Positions 58,079 through 64,000 of a DNA stretch of 64,000 nt are shown in pieces. Each line of letters starts with the position of its first letter. The stretch's first letter is position 1. The stretch comes from Phoronis australis (taxonomy: Eukaryota; Animalia; Phoronida): contig NMRA01000732.1 in NCBI GenBank assembly GCA_002633005.1, positions 111,476 through 175,475 of the forward strand, given 5' to 3'. The notes under the pieces are model-generated. The model had not been told where the DNA came from, ran no database searches, and worked only from the letters and a program-made list of their open reading frames with translations. Made by a program: the position numbers and the translations under genes.

Positions 58079-61000
58079 CAGGGCTCGACATAAGGAGCTA
58101 CAGGTCGCATTTGCGACCTGAAATTTGGAAATGCGAGCTGAGATTTTTGTCAGCTCGTATCAAGTCGCAAAATGCGACCTGGAATTTCCAACGAATGCGA
58201 GCTGAGTTTTTACACTTCTCGGCAGATACCTGGCAAATATAAAGCAACTATTGTTAATCCGACCATTACTTGGTTGTTGCCAAATCCACGTTCAAAAGAC
58301 CACTAACTGAGAACAGCCCTCCCGATGACTTGTAAGCAAGACCCGTGACCATGGGATATGCAGAATCGATCTTTGACGCGTTTCATTGACTAACATTTTC
58401 GGCCACTTTTGCAAATTTCCGGATTTGCCGAAGAAAGTTTCGGGCCACATAACACGTGATAGAACCTCACAAAACAGTGATGTTTCTATTTATTCTTAAG
58501 CGATCAACTTATCAAACTTTGTGGTTGACAAATATGTTTGTTTTTCGCTTAAGATGTCCTTATTACCTTTACCAAATATCCACGACAATATTCCCGATAT
58601 TGCACTGCGGCACTGGACGGTCCCGTTGTTAGCGTGCAAGCGGTCCAGGCAAGACAATCGTGACTTAGATATGTTCGCCTCGTTTTTATCCCATAAGACA
58701 GCCAAAGTGAAAATGACAACCTATTAATCCCCAAACGACGATCACATCTTTACTTTCAGTTGCCAAGAAATTCTCAAACCCCATTACTTGTCAGGGGCTA
58801 CGTGCGCGAACTATGATTTGCCTTTCACACGTTGTTGCCAACGTAAAGTGTAGGCCTATTCCAGCGATTCAAGTGCGTGAACTCACGCGTGCGCACCGTT
58901 TCAAAGCTGCACATCAAAAGAGAACAGCGACAGTCCTAAATGAAAGAGTATACCGGCTTGGCTCTGTTAAGCACCCGGGTGCCAATGGTTTATTTGAAAA
59001 TGAACTCGTAGATTTCCGGCGGTTATATAAGACTAGATGCTTTACGACATTCCCCGGGACTGATGTAATCCAGAACTGATATTTTCCGGTTCTGATGTTT
59101 CTCGAGGTCAATGTTCTCTAAACCTTATATTCTATACCCGTTGCCAGCTATTGCAACTAAACGGGTACTAGATGCGAAATTGTGGTTAGCGAACTTTTTA
59201 TTCTTCTCTTCATTCACCTCTTTCACGAAAGCGCCATCTTCCCGCGCCATCTTTAAATACTGATCGAAAACGAGGCACAATGATAAACCCTCGTGAGTGA
59301 TCATCAGCTGGCCATGGTGTACCGTGCAGTGCCTGAATGTACCAATTCCAGTAATAACTCGTCGGTATCCTTCCCAGGGATATACTTAGCCACTCGCCCA
59401 GTCGTCAATGCGAGTAAAAATGGTGCTGGGCGAGTCAGAAGTTGACTTGCCGGTCGCCCGGTGGCGAGCGAATTTCAGAGTGCAAAAGCACTATATATCG
59501 TTTCCCAGATGAATATGAATAATTTTCCTCCTCCTTGTGCTGTTATCATGAATTTAAGGTTCAGTTTGGTCATCGTGTCGATGCAGTGCGATCCTACCGA
59601 TTCAGTACATGTCACTCGTTACGCGATTCGTCAAAAAACACAGTGTGTGGTCGTGCACAAAGAATTTGTGGACTAGTCCGAAACGAAGAAAAGGGGAGAA
59701 AGGTGGAAGACCGGTCCATGTGCTCATAGCAAGTGAAATACCATATTTCTTGGAACTGATTTCTTATTGTAATGTGCAATGTCATTTTAGCCAAAATTAT
59801 TTTGATAACATTCGTCCTAATAAGCGCCCATACCCCTATAAGCGTCCCCACTCGTTTTCAGACTTTGCTAAAATAAGCGCCCAGTCCATGAATGTGTATA
59901 TATCAGTGCGAAAAATGTCTTACCTCACAGTTCTAAAATTCTACAGTAAATGTATTCAATTTATCAATAATATCCGACAGTTCTGAAAAATCATTGTGCA
60001 CGTAATTTCTAGTAGACTACCAGCCTCGCCGCTATGTCGGTATTTAGCCGTGGTCGTACACATCAAACCATTCCGCAGTGCTTCAAAAAGAACGCAAATT
60101 TGCTGATCTTGTGAGGAAAGTGTCACACTACATGGTCTGGCCCTGATCAGAACAGACGCAGCGTCAACGGGATTGCTATTGTATCTTTCCCGTACAGATC
60201 TTCTCCCACAACAGGAATCCAGATTGCTTTGTACACGAAAAATTATAAAAACCGCGAATCGAAACTTGGCCAAGAAGAGCGCGCTAGGGCCCACATATAA
60301 CATGTGGGCCTGCTCAATGAGATAAATATACTACATATACAGCTCATTGGNTATTCTTCTCTTCATACACCCTCCGGCAACTTTTCGCTCCCCGGACCAC
60401 CATTGCCGTAAAATGTTCAGACTCAATACAAACAATCTTGTTCCGGCTGAAGCGGGCAATCAAAAACAAAATTATTCCGGGTGGCTACAAAGGGTACAGT
60501 GTAGGTGGTAACGATATGGAGGAAGTCACCCCTCCTAGATGGAGTTTGCCTCGCAAAATCGTATTATTATAAAGTTTCTTACCATTGGAGTCTTTTAATA
60601 TCTTATTACCACAAACACTCAGGTTAACGACTATGCTCATGCATGTGCCTACTCCCAACCTTTGAAGTGTTTCATAATAAGTGCTCACTGATCTACTAAG
60701 CATCCCCCCTCAACTTTTGAGAATTTCCAATTAAGCGCCCACAGTTCAGGCTAGCGCCCATCATAGCGCACTACAAATGACCGCGAGTAGTTAAAAACGT
60801 CTTTTCTCAATATGTAAAAACTAAATTCCGGCTTTGTTTTATACGTCTGAAAGAAGTTAACACCAGTGAAATGCGTGTCGTTTTGTGACTGACCTATTTT
60901 TCTCGTACTTGGAAGCTATTGAGGAGCAAACTCGCCATTACCCAATGGAAACCCGCACGGAGGGAGTCGGGAATTATTTCGTGGTTATACTCATTTCATG

Positions 61001-61652
61001 GTAAACTAATTGTTGAATACGTAAACAGCATAAGTTCCACATTTTTGTTGTGAAATTTGCACTGAATTTTTCCTGCGCTTTCAAATAGGTCATTCGGTCA
61101 GGGCATCGTTTCACGGATTTTTTTCGACTGATGTTTTTCAAATGTCGAGTTAATTTGGGCTGCGAACAAAAAGTGGAAGGAATTTGCACTCCAAGTTATG
61201 TCATGTAGTTTGAATCTTTAACGACTTTGATGACAGCCAGTAGCAGGTGAGACCCAGCAAAATTCCGGATTCTTTTTCAACGTTCATTTTCTCGCTTTTC
61301 ACATCGCAAACTTAGCTACTCGAATGCACGTGTCAGTTAGAGAGCACTCATTCAACTTTTACGTCGACAACTTGCTTTGCGCTCTAGAGTGCGGTCGTGA
61401 AGAGCAGTAACGCCGTACCTGCATGAACGAAGTCAATTTTGCGATCTGAAATTTGTGAGTATTTAACGCTGCAGGTAAGAGCATAATCTAAACATTTTCT
61501 CGTTGATCTAAAATCAATTGTGGTGCGTAAAAATGGCGGGAAAATTTTGCGACCTGGCATTTATGAATGCGAGCTGGATTTTGGAAATGCAACCTGGGAT
61601 TCTGGCTAGGTCGCAAAATGCGACCTGGCGATTTTAATAGCGTCGAGCCCTG
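58079..61652. mobile_element. ~3.6-kb hAT-like non-autonomous/composite element
   Basis: Perfect TIR cagggctcgac / gtcgagccctg with clusters of gtcgcaaaatgcgacctgg and atgcgagctg at both ends; no transposase ORF inside; no perfect 8-bp TSD. Confidence 0.72.
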
Positions 61653-62538
61653 CAACGTAATAATAATAATGGTATATAAATATAAAACATATTTTTAGTC
61701 TCTGATTTTTTTTCTTTCACAAAATATGTACTTTTACTAGTTGACAAAGCCTAGATTTTTTAATATATGATTTAGAATGGAGGTTACTAGATAAGGTTTG
61801 AGATAACCTCAAAGTAGAGAGCTTGTTACCTGAAGAGTTGACACCATAAACCATTTGATGATGCCATGCGTCCGGCACCGGACGACCCCACATTCGACCC
61901 CGCTGTAGATTCATGGTTAGAATGCAGGCAGCACCTGCAACAAACATTTATTTTTAACTTTATTCCAGGATGGTCCTTCTTATCTTGTTATTTCATAACA
62001 ATCGCGTTATTTTTAAGGTATTCTATTGTTTGCTGTAAAATGAATTTCAACATTTAAGAAGTTGGTATACGTTTATTAAAATTGCAGGAGTTGGTGGCAT
62101 AAATCTTCATCAGTGCAGAAAAGAAGGTAATGTCCATTGAATTAATGGCACTAGTTAATTACTGCAGTCACAGAATTTGAGAACCAGTTGGATGCCCATT
62201 ACTCAGTGGAAGAAACTGGTTCAAAATTTAAGACCCCTGTCAGGGCTGTTCCAGCAAAATCTGTATGGGAGGGGGGGAAGGCACTTTTATTTCATACCCA
62301 CCGCCCGTATTTTTCGTTTATTTCTCCAACCCATGACCCATAATTTTTCAATTATTTTTAATAGGTTAAAATATAAAATCCAACACTTGCAAACAAATTG
62401 CCTCCAGGAGGACCTGTTAAGAACTTAGATGACTGACAGACAAGAACTAGTTGTCTTGCCCAATATTGTCAAAAACTAAAGTAGCCTGTGAGCAATACTT
62501 TTGGCAGCCACCAGGTGTCTCTGTTCACCATGTGTCTN

Positions 62539-63337
62539 CAAGACCCGTGACCATGGGATATGCAGAATCGATCTTTGACGCGTTTCATTGACTAACATTT
62601 TCGGCCACTTTTGCAAATTTCCGGATTTGCCGAAGAAAGTTTCGGGCCACATAACACGTGATAGAACCTCACAAAACAGTGATGTTTCTATTTATTCTTA
62701 AGCGATCAACTTATCAAACTTTGTGGTTGACAAATATGTTTGTTTTTCGCTTAAGATGTCCTTATTACCTTTACCAAATATCCACAACAATATTCCTGAT
62801 ATCGCACTGCGGCACTGGTCGGTCCCGTTGTTAGCGTGCAAGCGGTCCCGGCAAGACAATCGTGACTTAGATATGTGCACCTAGTTTTTATCCCATAAGA
62901 CAGCCAAAGTGAAAATGACAACCTATTAATCCCCAAACGACGATCACATCTTTACTTTCAGTTGCCAAGAAATTCTCAAACCCCATTACTTGTTTCAGGG
63001 GCTACGTGCGCGAAATATGATTTGTCTTTCACACGTTGTTGCCAACGTAAAGTGTAGGCCTATTCCAGCGATTCAAGTGCGCGAACTCACGTGTGCCTTC
63101 CAGTTCTGATGTTTCTCGAGGTCAATGTTCTCTAAACCTTATATTCTATGCCCGTTGCCACCTATTGCAACTAAACGGGTACTAGATGCGAAATTGTGGT
63201 TAGCGAACTTTTTATTCTTCTCTTCATACACCTCCCAAAGCCCTCTCCCCACTCCCCGGCAACCGACGCCGTAAAAATGTTCAGACTCCAATAGAAACAA
63301 TCATGTTCCAGCTGAAGCGGGCAATTAAAAACAAATT
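62539..63337 (+). repeat. Near-identical second copy of internal segments 58337-58890, 59085-59220 and 60352-60472
   Basis: Direct sequence identity (duplicated ORFs 58496/62698 and 58549/62751); begins right after a single N. Confidence 0.9.
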
Positions 63338-64000
63338 AAAAGGCTCAGTCACAATTTCTAGGCTTCACATTTCCTGAACATAAATTTTAAGCACCGATTT
63401 GTCTGTACAACAGATCACATTTACACTTCAGTCCATCAGCCATGCCAGTTTGTTTGCGCAAAGCTCTGCCTGTTGACGAATCGACTAGCCAATCAGAAAC
63501 GCCGGTGTAAAAAAATTTACAGAGGAAATTTAAGTGATACCTGCGTGCTGGCGCGGCTACCGCCCCACCTAGCGGCACGCAGGGAACCAGCGAGCTCAGA
63601 AAGTAATATACAATGTATTTCAAATGTTGCAATGATCAAACTATTTTCAAAGTATTTGGTAGACCTGTCAATCATTAGCAGGTGTTTGGTTGCCAGAGTG
63701 TCTGCTTTCAGTAGACTGATGTGCCACCCCAATTCTGTACTTTATATAGGGACACGAACCTTGCTCAACTCCAAACTGGTGTTTCAGAGCTGTAGTTTCA
63801 TCTACTTCATCTTTTTTTGAAAACACCAAAAGCGAAATAAATGTCACTATTTTAATAATATGATGTGCCGCAAGAATATCCCCATTTAAAATGTTTGAGT
63901 TTTCGCCCGTTTCATGCTTTTGTATGTGCGTCTAAAATGGAGCAGCAGTGACACCTGTTGTCAAAATATAAACCACACATCATCTGTGCATTTTTCTTTT

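Overview
AT-rich, intron-containing animal genomic DNA, probably a marine invertebrate (inferred from gene content and repeat types); it has two long N gaps (10061-11057, 40768-41310) and two single-N joins. I reconstructed four spliced genes by hand from splice sites and frame continuity: (1) + strand RNF34/RFFL (CARP)-type FYVE-like/RING E3 ligase, 645-15669; (2) - strand protein phosphatase 1 catalytic subunit (alpha/gamma type), 7 exons, 28724-20514; (3) + strand ~913-aa ankyrin-repeat/proline-rich protein (ANKRD55/inversin-like repeats), 13 coding exons, 29237-49141, head-to-head with PP1, with an N-terminus resembling the DLG1/SAP97 L27 domain and one GC-AG intron; (4) - strand 179-aa uncharacterised protein, 57016-55247. 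Introns and UTRs hold many DNA-transposon derivatives: a tandemly amplified ~1.16-kb Helentron/HINE-like unit, a TTAA-flanked foldback element, hAT MITEs, decayed hAT and PIF/Harbinger transposases, and minisatellites. The most novel-looking item is the L27-like + ankyrin architecture sharing a short divergent promoter with PP1. All family assignments come from recalled motifs, not database searches.
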